Positions 1-11,189 of a stretch of 64,000 nucleotides of DNA are shown one piece after another. This DNA comes from Macrostomum lignano (lineage: Eukaryota). The notes under the pieces were generated by a model. It saw nothing but the letters and a program-made list of their open reading frames with translations, had not been told where the DNA came from and did no database searches. The translations under genes and the position numbers were made by a program. The stretch covers positions 1-64,000 of the forward strand of contig NIVC01001377.1 in NCBI GenBank assembly GCA_002269645.1. The letters are read 5' to 3'. Each line of letters begins with the position of its first letter. Position 1 is the first letter of the stretch.

Positions 1-876
1 TCAGAATAAATTCCCAGTCGCGGTTTAACCACAGCAACAGCATATGAGCAGGACTTTTCAATCTTCCACTATTTGGGTTTTCTCACCAAATCGGGTATGG
101 AAAGGATTAAAATTTGGGATACAGTTGCAAATATCTGGTGGATATCAGCCTAGGATACTTTATGGAACCTCAATTTCAACCGATATAGCAGTTCGTATAG
201 ATTCAATTCAATTAGTCGTACCAACTATTGAGGTAACAGCCCCACTTTTAAAACACATCGATAATCAGTTAACGCATGATCAGGAAATATTTTATTTGAA
301 TCGTCGACATTTTATGCGAACCATTAATAATAACCAGGATTCATTCCAGTGGCAAATACTGACATCAAAACGTCGGGTGAGATATATTTTTGTTTGGTTT
401 AAGATAACAAATAGAAGGAGTAAAAGAGCAAATGGGGATTTATATTGGCTTCAATCCGGTGCCATAGCAGAACAAGCAGCCACCGCAACAGACAATGCGC
501 TGCAGCTATTAACGAGTTTAATGTTCAGAATATCCGCCTGCAGGTTGATGATCAATATTATCCGGTTAAAGACCCCCTAAATTTAAATATAGCAAATAAT
601 AATGTTAATGATTTTATAAAATATTATCAAGATTATGCCAAAAATGAAGCGTATGCCGTCCCTCAGTATACACCCACAGAGTTTCTAAACATTCATCCAG
701 TGGTTGTTTATGATCTAACGGCACAGAAAGAAAACGTAGCCAATATTGGACTTAATTATATGTTAGAGATTAATAAAACCGGTAATCAGGCACTTGACGC
801 CCACGTATTGTTTCTAGAGGAATATATGTCAATTGCTAAAGCTGATGGCACGATTGTTCGGGACGCGCCACTTTAG
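1..876 (+). CDS. Double jelly-roll major capsid protein, C-terminal part, frameshifted as assembled (about 88 and about 498)
   Basis: ORFs 44..580 and 445..876 join into a Polinton MCP-like C-terminus: RIDSIQLVVPTIEV, FQWQILTSKRRVRYIFVWFK, NVQNIRLQVDDQYYP, EFLNIHPVVVYDLTAQKE. One missing base near GACAATGC-GCTGCA restores the frame. Confidence 0.8.
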
Positions 877-947
877 TGTCGCAGTGCAAAGCACGTGTAA
901 GGCGCAGGTCTCCGACCGTCGCGCCTATTTAAATTATTTCTTTAAAA

Positions 948-1764
948 ATGGTAAAGGCAAAACACAATAAAATATTTCCAAATGATCCTTTTCTTTGTTT
1001 AGTAATCGGAGGATCAGGTAAAGGAAAAACACACTTTGTTTACGATTTATTAACAACAGATGGAATGTTAGACTATAATAATTTAATAATTTATACTAAT
1101 AAACCTAGAATAAAATATTATGAATTTCTTAAACATGGATTAAAAAACAAATTAAAAAAAGATGTCTTGTTTAGAATGTTAAGAGCATATGAGCAATATG
1201 AGGATGATGACGAACCGCGATTTAATCTAGCAGACATTGAGGATTTATGTAAAACAATGGCACAACAGCCAGAAAACATCACCGATCGCCCCGAAGGGTC
1301 GCGGACTTCGTCCGATCGAGCCCCAACTGTTAGAGTATCAACCCGATTAGCCTATGATCAAATTCCAAAACATGATAAAACACTAATTATTTTTGATGAT
1401 TGTATTAATGACGGTGATCAAGAATTGCAAAAGGAAATTTTTGTTAGTGGTAGAGGAGATGGAATTGGAGCTTTTTATCTTACTCAATCCTTTAGAGAAT
1501 TAGAATCGATTATAAAAAAGAATGCTAGTTGTTGTGTAATGTTTGATTTAGATAACTATGATTACAAAATATCACGCTAGATTTAATCCCGGATTGGATG
1601 CAAAACCATTTAAAAGTATGTGTAAAAAAATTTGGGATGATAGCCAATACAAACATATTTATATCAATCCGAGGTTAGAAAGGAAACATAGAATTTTAAC
1701 AAATTTGATAAAGAAGATAATGAGGAAGAAGAGACATACGGCCACGATTAATTTCCCACTATAA
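948..1764 (+). CDS. A32/FtsK-like DNA packaging ATPase, frameshifted near 1567 and probably near 1705
   Basis: Walker A GGSGKGKT, Walker B LIIFDD, GRGDGIGAFYLTQSF motif. ORF 1558..1764 supplies the typical C-terminal FKSMCKKIW...YKHIYIN segment. Confidence 0.9.
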
Positions 1765-1766
1765 AA

Positions 1767-2549
1767 ATGACTACAAATTTAAATACTATAAAACAATTGG
1801 TAGATCGAACTAATTCAAAATTTAGTACAACATTACAGTTTATAATGACAACCAGCGAGCAACGGATTCAATTGCGCGATCCATTACAACTTGATCAAAG
1901 CCTAAGTTATCAAATAGGTTTAATACTATTTTCGGTTTTCAACATGCCTCAATTAATTAATGCAACAAATAATCAATTTAGATATTCTAAAGATTCCGGA
2001 GCCAATTGGACAACATTTAGCGTTAACCCAGGAGCGTATAGCTATACTGATTTGAATGCTTATATAGAAGGAGAATTAACAACTAATGGTGATTGGGTAG
2101 CAGGAGCAATTGTTATAGGTGTTGATTTACCGTCTGGCAGATTCACACTATCACTAGGATCCGGATATCAGGTTGATTTCACAATTGCAAATTCACTCAG
2201 AACCATACTTGGATTTAATTCCCGAATAGTTACCACATCAAGCACCGGTGATACAGTTGGAAATATAGAGGGTGGAGTAAATACAATTAATATAACAACC
2301 GACATTTCAAACGGTGGTTATATAACAGACGATAACGGAGTTTTGGTTCAACGTGGAATTATTTATTCAATCCCATTTCTTGCTGTTCCAATTGGAGAGA
2401 AAATGATTGTACCCCAAACCCCAATATATTACCCATTAAATCAATATAATGTTCAATCAATTTATATTAGGATTGTAGATGAAAGCGATAGATTAATAAG
2501 TTTTGGTGGGCAGTCAATAACAATAATTTTACGTATAAAACAGGTTTAA
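1767..2549 (+). CDS. Single jelly-roll minor capsid (penton) protein
   Basis: Intact 260 aa. N-terminal PLQLDQSLSYQIGL..FSVFN...INATNNQF and C-terminal PIYYPLNQYNVQSIYIRIVDESDRLISFGG match the Polinton minor capsid pattern; lies next to the ATPase. Confidence 0.85.
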   Translation: MTTNLNTIKQLVDRTNSKFSTTLQFIMTTSEQRIQLRDPLQLDQSLSYQIGLILFSVFNMPQLINATNNQFRYSKDSGANWTTFSVNPGAYSYTDLNAYIEGELTTNGDWVAGAIVIGVDLPSGRFTLSLGSGYQVDFTIANSLRTILGFNSRIVTTSSTGDTVGNIEGGVNTINITTDISNGGYITDDNGVLVQRGIIYSIPFLAVPIGEKMIVPQTPIYYPLNQYNVQSIYIRIVDESDRLISFGGQSITIILRIKQV

Positions 2550-2583
2550 AAAAGGTTCGAACTTTAAGTTTCCTATAGTAAAA

Positions 2584-2768
2584 ATGGGTAATAATAATAA
2601 TAATAATAATTAATAAAAAAACAATCAGAAAAAGTTAAAAAAGCTGAAGATAATTACGAACTAGAACTAGCAAAATTAAGGCAGTTACAAGCTGATAAAA
2701 TAAGAAAGGAATTGTTAAAACCCACACCTACGAAACTAACTAAAACCAAGAGTTTTTCAGGAACATAA
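2584..2768 (+). CDS. Small basic/coiled-coil viral protein (about 60 aa), frameshifted in an AAT repeat
   Basis: AAAATG GGT (AAT)n, then a second-frame run KQSEKVKKAEDNYELELAKLRQLQADKIRKELLK...GT* ending 1 nt before the protease ATG; fills the gap exactly. Confidence 0.45.
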
Positions 2769-2769
2769 A

Positions 2770-3248
2770 ATGACCATGACGTGGGATGATTTTAAACAAA
2801 GATATGGAACGGACACAACAAGCAATATCGAATTAACAAATTGGGCGAGGCAGTTAAAAATAAAACCATTCAGATGTGTTATGCGAGATGAGATCAAAGA
2901 CTTACCACAATATGGATCTTTCATTGTTAATATTGAAACAACAAAAGAAAATGGTGTTCATTGGTCAGCAGTTTATTCAAAACCAAAACTTGTTTATTTT
3001 TTTGATTCATACGCGCTTCCTCCGTTACAGGAAATAAAAGATAAATTTAATCATACTAAAAATCGTTTATGTGGAGATCATCACGAACAATTTCAAACTT
3101 TGATAAAAGTTATTGCGGGCAAGCGGCGTTGTATTTTTTATATAAAATTAATAACTCGAAGGAAACCCGAAGATTTAGTATCATGCAAAGCATGCGCCTA
3201 TGCGATCGGACGGAGTCGCGATCGGCGATTTTAGACTCTATAAAATAG
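2770..3248 (+). CDS. Adenain-like cysteine maturation protease, frameshifted at about 3100
   Basis: Catalytic His (NGVHWSAV) and Asp (YFFDSY). Adding one T to CAAACTTTGAT gives QFQTFDKSYCGQAALYFL, restoring the oxyanion Gln and catalytic Cys (TGC 3114-3116); stop TAG 3246-3248. Confidence 0.88.
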
Positions 3249-3258
3249 ACAGTAAAAA

Positions 3259-5299
3259 ATGTTATTTTCTGGAACACCCTCATGGAACGGAACAACAAGT
3301 AGTGGTGGTGGTGGCACATCTGGTGGAATAAGTGTTACATTTGGAGATAATCGATATATTAATGAAGATGAAGGTTATAAAAAAAGTGAATTGATATAAA
3401 CTAAATTTAAAAAGAAATGTTGCAGATTCCTATACAAAACTCAAATAGATGATTCACTAAATCTGAAACGGAACGTAGCCGATTCCTATACCAAAACCGA
3501 AGTTGATAATTCATTAAATTTAAAACGCAATACAGCCGATTCTTATACCAAAACCGAAGTTGATAATTCATTAAATTTAAAACGCAATACAGCCGATTCT
3601 TATACCAAAACCGAAGTTGATAATTCATTAAATTTGAAACGGAACGTAGCCGATTCTTATACCAAAACCGAAGTTGATAATGGATTAAATTTAAAAAGAG
3701 ATGTAACTGATTCTTATTCTCGAACTGATTCTGATTCACGTTATGTTCAAACCACCGCAACCGGAAACCTAGATATGAGCAACAACCGAATTATAAATGT
3801 TTCAATTACAACTAGTGATTCAGTGGTTGATAAGAACTATGTCGATAATCAAGTTGCCACTCGTAGTGGTAATATTAATATGAATAATTTTAAATTAACA
3901 AATTTATTATTTGGAACAGATAACGCAGACTCGATAACTCTAGGCCAAGTAAACGCGAGCTAATGCAACCGACGCCGATATTTTTACCACGCCGCTTACA
4001 TCAAATACTTCAAATCCTGATGTTGTTCTTACAGCATCTGAAAATGGCAACACAGCTTTTCGAGTTGGAGATGGAAGCCTTGCGACACAATGGTCACCAA
4101 ATACCGGAACCACAACCAATATGGAAATTCAATTTGAATTTTTAGGTTATAATAGAAGAATATTTGAATTAAGAATTACAGGCAGTGAAACAATTGAGAT
4201 ACCCTCGGGGTGGTCGGTTCGCGCAAAAAATGTTGCTACCGATTCATGGACGACATTAACTACGTCGGGATCACCAGTTCAAGCAACATCATTTGCTCTA
4301 TCTAATTTAACGACTAATTTTTGGAAATATTATAGCGTATTCTTCCCAACTGGTGGTACCGGTACACAACCTATCGAGGTTCGTCAAATACAATTATTTG
4401 AACACCGTGTTGAAATTCAAGATCTTAATTGGCCAACTCAAATACTTTCTGCAGTTCCGCGAGCGTACGTAGATCAGCTAGCTACTCCAACATCAAATGG
4501 TAGAATGTCTGGAAGCGATAAAAATAAATTGGATGGAATACCTGCTATTGATGCGGCCTTGTTCGAACCAGTAATTTGCAATTGGTCTGGATATCAAAAT
4601 CCAACAACCGCCGGAGATATATATCCAGTCGGTTCTTTAATTGGTGACGCTTCTTATATCGATTATCAAAATGGCGCTAGAATTACTCGTGAAACCTGGA
4701 GTAAGTGGGCTTTACAATTCAATTTCACACATTTTCAAAATATATCTGCGTCTTTCTTTTTCCGAGTTGCTAATGCTACAGGAGATGGTGCAGATGCGGT
4801 TTGGTTTTATGCATACTGTCACCAACGTCCAACATCGGAATTTGGAACTGGATTATCAACCGACGCCGGGCTGATAGTGTTTGCTAGTGAGTGGACTGAT
4901 AGGTTTGGAGTTGTTTGGAGTAATAAAAAATCAGACGGATCTACGGTTCGTAACGATGTTAGTAGTGATGCGGATCAAACTGTAGCCTATGCTAATATTG
5001 ATAACGGCAATTGGCATTTATTTGAAGTTAATATTTTAAATCAAAGGGTTTGGTACCGATTACAGTCATACAATGTTGCTGGTGATTCTTTTACCCTCAT
5101 TGGACAGAACGTTTTCACATATGATAGTGGAACTTGGGGAACTTTAGATAAATCTGGAACCCTTATGGGTTTTGGTGCTCGAACTGGTGGAGCGGATGCT
5201 GCACATTTTATTCGTGGTGCAGTTGTATGTGGTAGTACGTCGTTTGGTTATGTTTTTCCCTCTACTGCTTATTTGGAAAAACCTCCTGTACAAATCTAA
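3259..5299 (+). CDS. Fibre/receptor-binding protein: Gly-rich N-terminus, 19-aa shaft repeats, discoidin(F5/8C)-like domain, L-type lectin-like head; several 1-nt frameshifts
   Basis: MLFSGTPSWNGTTSSGGGG start; YTKTEVDNSLNLKRNVADS repeats; LDMSNNRIINV..VVDKNYVD; frame of ORF 4121 is open back to 3953 (PLTSNTS..TAFRVGDGSLATQW); GRMSGSDKNKLDGI phage-fibre motif; GDGADAVWF, DNGNWH and GFGARTGGADAAHFIR lectin motifs. Confidence 0.72.
3400..3730 (+). repeat. 57-bp coding tandem repeat (about 5-6 copies) in the fibre shaft
   Basis: GATTC(C/T)TATACCAAAACCGAAGTTGATAAT recurs at 3481, 3538, 3595 and 3652. Confidence 0.9.
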
Positions 5300-5314
5300 A
5301 TATTTATATATAAA

Positions 5315-5692
5315 ATGGCTTTTAGTAGAACTCCATCGATGCGGCAAAATAATGTTATTATTCCTATTCCTAAACAAGAATCAAATATAAAAACATTCAA
5401 ATCTCATACCAAATTTTTATTTAGTACTGTAAATGTTCAGGATAATAAGAAACTTCAAGAATTAATTAAATTGTTAAAAAATCATATTATACTTCAAGAG
5501 TTTTGGAAAATAGGATTTAAATGGGAGAAAAAAGAAAGAATCACTCCAATACAATACCTATTGAGCTCGGGCAAATCCCCAAAGAGCGGGGGAATTCATT
5601 TTGGTGCTATTAAAAATAGACGAGAATGTCGGTATCTGAAGCAGATAAATGGGAACGCGACCGGTTCAACCAACGTAAAGGTCAGATGTTAA
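5315..5692 (+). CDS. Hypothetical viral protein, 125 aa
   Basis: AAAATG start, tightly packed between fibre and next ORF; no recognisable motif. Confidence 0.6.
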   Translation: MAFSRTPSMRQNNVIIPIPKQESNIKTFKSHTKFLFSTVNVQDNKKLQELIKLLKNHIILQEFWKIGFKWEKKERITPIQYLLSSGKSPKSGGIHFGAIKNRRECRYLKQINGNATGSTNVKVRC

Positions 5693-5695
5693 GTA

Positions 5696-6271
5696 ATGTT
5701 GATCGTATTAAACTATGATTATGATTTATATGCTAAAAAAGTAAGAAGAGTTTCAAACCATATAAGAAATATGGACTTTTTCAATATTGGATTTGGAAGC
5801 TTATCAATGTTATGTGTAATCGTTTTAGGTATTTTACAATCTATTCCAACTCTTAATTTATCTCAATTATTTTTAGGTATTTCAATTGGCTCAATATCAG
5901 GTTTTGAATTGATCAGGAACTTATCAATACTTTTAGCAATTAAATTATATCTTAAAAAAAGAAAGGAAAAATATAAATCTTTAAGAGATGTTGCAAAACA
6001 ATATAAAAATCAATTATATTTATATGTGCAAAAAATATTGGATGACGGAGAGATAACGATTCATGAATTATCAACCGCGGTTGAATTATATGAAAAATAT
6101 TTAAAAGATAGAAATAGAATTTTAGATGTTGAAACTTTTACCGATATGGAATTAAAAGAGTTGAGACTCGATAAACCCAAAGCTCCACCGATAGAAACAT
6201 TAGGTATTTACGAACCTGAAACTATTGCTACTGGGGCACAAAGCCCGCGGTCAGGAAGTGCTGTAGCGTAA
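5696..6271 (+). CDS. Two-TM viral membrane protein resembling the conserved Polinton/adintovirus small membrane protein (GasderminX-type)
   Basis: Two Gly-rich hydrophobic helices followed by KKRKEKYKSL...KILDDGEITIHELSTAVELYEKY, resembling the D-x-x-I-S/T-x-x-E-F...EKY motif of that family (from memory, not searched). Confidence 0.55.
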   Translation: MLIVLNYDYDLYAKKVRRVSNHIRNMDFFNIGFGSLSMLCVIVLGILQSIPTLNLSQLFLGISIGSISGFELIRNLSILLAIKLYLKKRKEKYKSLRDVAKQYKNQLYLYVQKILDDGEITIHELSTAVELYEKYLKDRNRILDVETFTDMELKELRLDKPKAPPIETLGIYEPETIATGAQSPRSGSAVA

Positions 6272-6313
6272 TGAACTTCAGACTTGTGTTGTACAATTTA
6301 TTTAATGCATATG

Positions 6314-6775
6314 TTATATATTCTTCCCAAAGTGGTAACTCTCTTCTGATCTAGGTTTAAATTTTTTATCAATACATAAAAATTCCAATGACTTTTTCAG
6401 TAACATTTCGTTAGGTATGTTACCTATCCTTATAAACTTTGTATTCTCTCGAATAAGAAAATTGAAATAATATCCAACTAAAATTAAAATCCTTTCAGAG
6501 TCTTTCGAACTTAATCCCTTTCCTTTATTTAAATGGAAAAAGTTATTATATAAATAAACATTATTTCCGGGAATTAAAATTGGATCAGAAATGTCTCTTG
6601 TAAGATTTCTTAAAATTGTGTTTTTAAAATAGTAATATGAGTTTTCAATCTTTTTTGTTTTTTCAAATTGATATATTTTAGAACATGAATAACACATATG
6701 ATATATATCTCCGTTTGCTGTTTGCCCTCTGTGCATAGTCACATTACATTTATTACAAACATAAATGTCTTTCAT
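6314..6775 (-). CDS. Hypothetical protein with N-terminal C4 zinc ribbon
   Basis: CNKC...CYSC within the first 31 aa; AAAAATG start. Confidence 0.6.
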   Translation of the reverse strand: MKDIYVCNKCNVTMHRGQTANGDIYHMCYSCSKIYQFEKTKKIENSYYYFKNTILRNLTRDISDPILIPGNNVYLYNNFFHLNKGKGLSSKDSERILILVGYYFNFLIRENTKFIRIGNIPNEMLLKKSLEFLCIDKKFKPRSEESYHFGKNI

Positions 6776-6801
6776 TTTTTTGTTATTTTTTTAGATTAAA
6801 A

Positions 6802-7131
6802 ATGGAGAGCTGGTTCAAAACCGATTCTAATGTGATTAATTATCTCACACCCAATATGTTGGAGAATAAAGAATATAATATTATATGTTTGAGACAGGTT
6901 AAATTTATTGGGCTTCAATCAATATTTTTACAATTAGATGGGCAAAAAATTTTATGTCTAAGCGGAGATGATGTTAAAAATTTTCCTGTTTTAGTTATTA
7001 ATAAACCTAAAGCGTTTGTTATGAAATACTGCAACGAGGGTGGATTGCAATTTAAACTAAAACAAACAAAAAATAAAAAGAGTGATAGGACTGTAAAATT
7101 GGCGGCTGTTTGGGAGGATGACCCCGAATAA
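6802..7131 (+). CDS. Hypothetical 109-aa beta-rich protein (possible OB-fold)
   Basis: AAAATG start; alternating hydrophobic strands, acidic tail EDDPE; fold call is tentative. Confidence 0.5.
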   Translation: MESWFKTDSNVINYLTPNMLENKEYNIICLRQVKFIGLQSIFLQLDGQKILCLSGDDVKNFPVLVINKPKAFVMKYCNEGGLQFKLKQTKNKKSDRTVKLAAVWEDDPE

Positions 7132-7152
7132 GTTTAAATTTTTTATAAGAAA

Positions 7153-7506
7153 ATGGAGACAATAAAAATCCTTATCACTAAAGAGCGTGAACTTAATGAT
7201 ATTAATAAAAAAATAAATATAATTATATCTCAGAAATATCATGAGTATGGGGACGATATGTTTCCCATCCGATATGATTTAGATAAAAGAAAACGTTTTA
7301 TTAAATCTGCAATTATTTATGCTGAAATAGTAATTGAAATTGAAATAGATAGATTGGTTAGAAAAATAAAAAAACTTAGGAAAAAAATAAAGGATTGTTT
7401 AAGTTACCCTGCCGACTGTGAGGATAATTGGTGCTCAATAATATATGAAATTGAAGTTAATGATTTGCTCAAACAATTACATGCTTTAGTTTTTTTCAAG
7501 TGCTAA
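7153..7506 (+). CDS. Hypothetical helical protein, 117 aa
   Basis: AAAATG start; overlaps the PolB stop convergently by 21 nt. Confidence 0.5.
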   Translation: METIKILITKERELNDINKKINIIISQKYHEYGDDMFPIRYDLDKRKRFIKSAIIYAEIVIEIEIDRLVRKIKKLRKKIKDCLSYPADCEDNWCSIIYEIEVNDLLKQLHALVFFKC

Positions 7507-10500
7507 TTCATCAATATCGAACTCAAAACAATTATAGTCAACGTCAAATAGTAAACTGTTATAATATTCAATTGAATGTTCATGCTGTGGTTTGTCATCA
7601 AAATAGTTTTTAAAGAATGGTTTCATAACTCCGTTTTTATCCGGTTTTTCTCTTTTAAATGTGTTTATCGTAGAGGTATATGTTTTTGATATTGTTGATC
7701 CGCTTTGAGGAATTGTTATACCACCTTCAAATGATCGTTTCCACGGAGCATTATTATTTACTTTTATTGACTGTCCATCATATAAAGTTTTAAACGATGC
7801 AAAATTAATCTTATCGTTTGCACATCCTTTAAATGTTTTTTTCTCTTCCATAATAAAATCGTCTTTCAATAAAAGACAATATTTAATTTTAGGAGCGATA
7901 AAATAACCGAATATAATTCCACCCTCTCCATAATCATTTTTTCCTTGACTTAAGTTATTTCCAACATGCCCGTTTTTATTTAATGTGTCCCAATGTTTTT
8001 TATGTATATATAACGAATCTGTATCGCCGTAATAAATTTCTGGAGTCTTTGAGCCCTCTATAGAGGTAATAAAATTATTCATGATCCTTCTTGAATGAGC
8101 TAAGATAAATATTCCTAATTGTGCTGGACAAAGGCTTGTTATAGGACTTTCCTCTTCCTCATCTACATATTCTTGCGTGTCTTTATTTTTTTCAACATAA
8201 TATAAATCGTCACATATTTTCTCATATGATTTGATTGTGTCATCGTATTCGGTTTTTAATGTTTGCAAATTCCAGAGATGTGTTGTGAAAGTAATGTCTC
8301 TTTGAACTGTTTTGCCATATAATGAATTTAATAGTGTTTTTACCAATTCAGAACCTGCCTCGTTATTTTCTTTTTTAAATACTTTTCTCATTTCAAAAAG
8401 ATTTGTAATATAATTCTGAAACGGAGAGAAATCGTAATTTTTTTCATATACAATTCCACTATATATCTTTAATATTTTTCCACCCATTCTTACAATTTCT
8501 TGTATATCTACGGAACATAAGGTGTCAATTACTTTTCCGTTTCTAAACCTATTTAATGTTTTTGTTTCGTTTGCTTTTGTTTCCGGATTATAAAATTTCT
8601 CTTTATCTTTCGATGGGAGATGTTGAAGAAAAACGGTGTTAGGATTCTCATACATAATCTTTAAAACCGCTGTTTTTGGTCGAAAGGTTTGTGAATTAAA
8701 TTGTGCCAAGAAATCTTTTTCCTCGCTTATATCAAAAACTCTTGCTGTTTCTGCTCTTGGATATTCACTATCCTTATCAGACATGGCAGATGGGTACAAC
8801 GAAACTCCATCAAAATTCATTAAACAATCTGATGCGGTACCCAATTGCTTTTTTAGTTTAATTGCGATTTTCTTTTTTTCTTCCATATCGCTTTTGAGAT
8901 AAGATGATATAACCTCGCATGGGTCGCTTGTTGGTGTTTTTAAATGGGCTTTTACAACGTCTACAATTGTTTGAAAACAGTCGCTTTCATATTTATTTAT
9001 TAGTGCAAATACCCTGCCTCCTTTGACTGCGTCCCGCATAAACCTTCGTATATAAGGATTGGTATGAGAGTGAACTGAAAATTCTTTTCTTAATAGTGTT
9101 TGGTATTTTGCTTTTTCAAGTTTGCTTAAGTCAAAATAATCCTCTATTTTCAACGGAGATATTATTTCTTCAACTTTTTTAATGTAATTAGTTTTTTCTT
9201 CTGTCTTTAGATATTGTTTCATTTTGTCTTCAACTCTAACAAAATCTTTAAACCAACATTTTAATGTTAAACTTGAACAGGTAAGAGTATCGAACATTGT
9301 CATTCCTCCAATTTCATATGCTATTTCATTATACTTATGAATACAGGCGCATAAAGAAATAAGATCAAATTGTAAATATTCATACCATTCGTCCATGCGC
9401 TCTAAATAGTCGTGTTCGGTAATGTCGTGAACCATTGAGGTCTTTCGCAAATCCTCTCTAATTGTCATTGATGAGCAAAACTTTTTTAAACTCATTGATG
9501 CGTGTTGATATGAACAAAGCATCGTAATGGTTTGTTTCGAATCCTTATGATTCTTCTTCTTATCTTTGTTTATAAATGCACTAACCTCTTTTGACGCGTA
9601 ATCGTTTACAAAAGTTATTGATAATATTCCTCTTGGGGTTTTGAGAATTTTAATTGGTTTTATATTACAAAATAGTGGTATGTATGAATCAAAGCGGGAT
9701 GAGTTATGCGCGATCAAAACAATCTTTTTTGACCTAACTGTACCAAGGTATTTAAACATTTTTCTAACACAATCAACCTTTGGTTGCGAACCTTCGGTAC
9801 GATCGGTCTTATCTCCATCTGTTTGAAAATCACAACCGCGATCTGATATCAAGATCTTAGTTAGTTTCTTTATTGTCTCTGGGGTTTCATTACACTTATT
9901 AGAAAAGTCGTTATAGTTTAAAAGACCAACCGCATACGGACATGCTTGTTGATTATAATTTAAATATGTTTCAAAATCAAATATATATACGTTTGATTTA
10001 TTGGGGTTTGTGGGTGTGTTGAACATTTTTAGCTCCTTAACATTTTCGAGCGTTGGGTTTTTATATACAACTTTATAATTGTCTTTTATCCGTTCGAGGG
10101 CGATTCCTCGTTGTTTATTTGATATAAGACAATAATGCCCAATGTGGTAATCGGTGTGTGGAAATAATTTATTAATAACCAATCGTGGTGAATCCCTCTT
10201 TGAGACTTTGGTTCAATGCCACGATTTTTGGTGTTGTACAGCCCTATATTAAGATTAAAATATTCATTGAATCTTCCAATTCTTGAATTTGTCATTAAAC
10301 CTCTTTGGGTTCTTGAGTCGAACAACCAAGCACCATATTCGTCTTTGGATGGGGCTTTATCACCATAAATAAACTGAACACACTTGTAGAAACAATTTCC
10401 ATCACTAGGTATGTAACAGTACTCATCTTTATACTCTACAATTTCACACATGACATTTGTTCCCATACCCTGCTTTGACCTTTCGTGTTTAAGTGTAATT

Positions 10501-11105
10501 TCGTTTGGTGTCATTTTAAGTCTTCCAGAAAACACACTTAAATTCATGTCGTAATTTTCTACCAAATGCTTAAACCAAGCTTGAAATTGACTTATATTAT
10601 AAAATGTTGCTAAGTATTGATTAATCTCTTCACGATCATCTCCGGTTTTATTATAAAAATATTGTACCCTCGCATTAGTAATTTCAACAGCATATCCGTT
10701 TGAAAGCTGGGTTTCAATAAAATCTAGGACATTCTGCATTGGTTCAAATCGATAAACCCTAATAAACTCATCTAATGGTTTTTCATCCGATTTATTCCGA
10801 GGTTTCCGACGTGTGGGTTTCTTTTGGTTTTTTTCTAATTCTGCTATTCTTTTTTCATATTCAGCCTTTTCTATTAATCGCTTCATTTCATATTCTGCCC
10901 TTATATTATTTGCTAATGCATTTATTTGTTGGTCTTGTATTTCTCTTTCTCTCTGCCTTTCTCTCTGTCTTTCTCTTGCTCTTTGGCGGCGTTGTTGTCT
11001 TTGGCGCTGTTCAATTTGTTCAATCTGTCTTTGTAATCGATTGAACTGTTGGCGCTCATTTGCAAGAAGTTGTCGAATCTGATCTGGGGTCAATCTTTGT
11101 TCCAT
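7486..11105 (-). CDS. Protein-primed family B DNA polymerase with N-terminal terminal-protein and vOTU-like region (about 1200 aa; one frameshift near 10160)
   Basis: ExoI IFDFETY, ExoII AHNSSRFD, ExoIII YLQFDLISL, VKGGRV, PolA FDGVSLYPSAM, PolB KTLLNSLYGK, PolC YGDTDS, KIKYC. ORF 10086..11105 overlaps the PolB ORF and carries SDGNCF; GHYCLI follows in the PolB frame. Confidence 0.93.
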
Positions 11106-11189
11106 TTTATAGAATATAATTTATATAATGTTTGAATTATTGATTTTTTAATTTTGCGTTTTTGGTGTCCAGACCCTCCCCCCAGGAGC

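Noticed and set aside
3963-4145. Separate 60-aa ORF in the fibre region
   Set aside because: Shadow frame; the frame of ORF 4121 is open from 3953 and carries the discoidin-like sequence.
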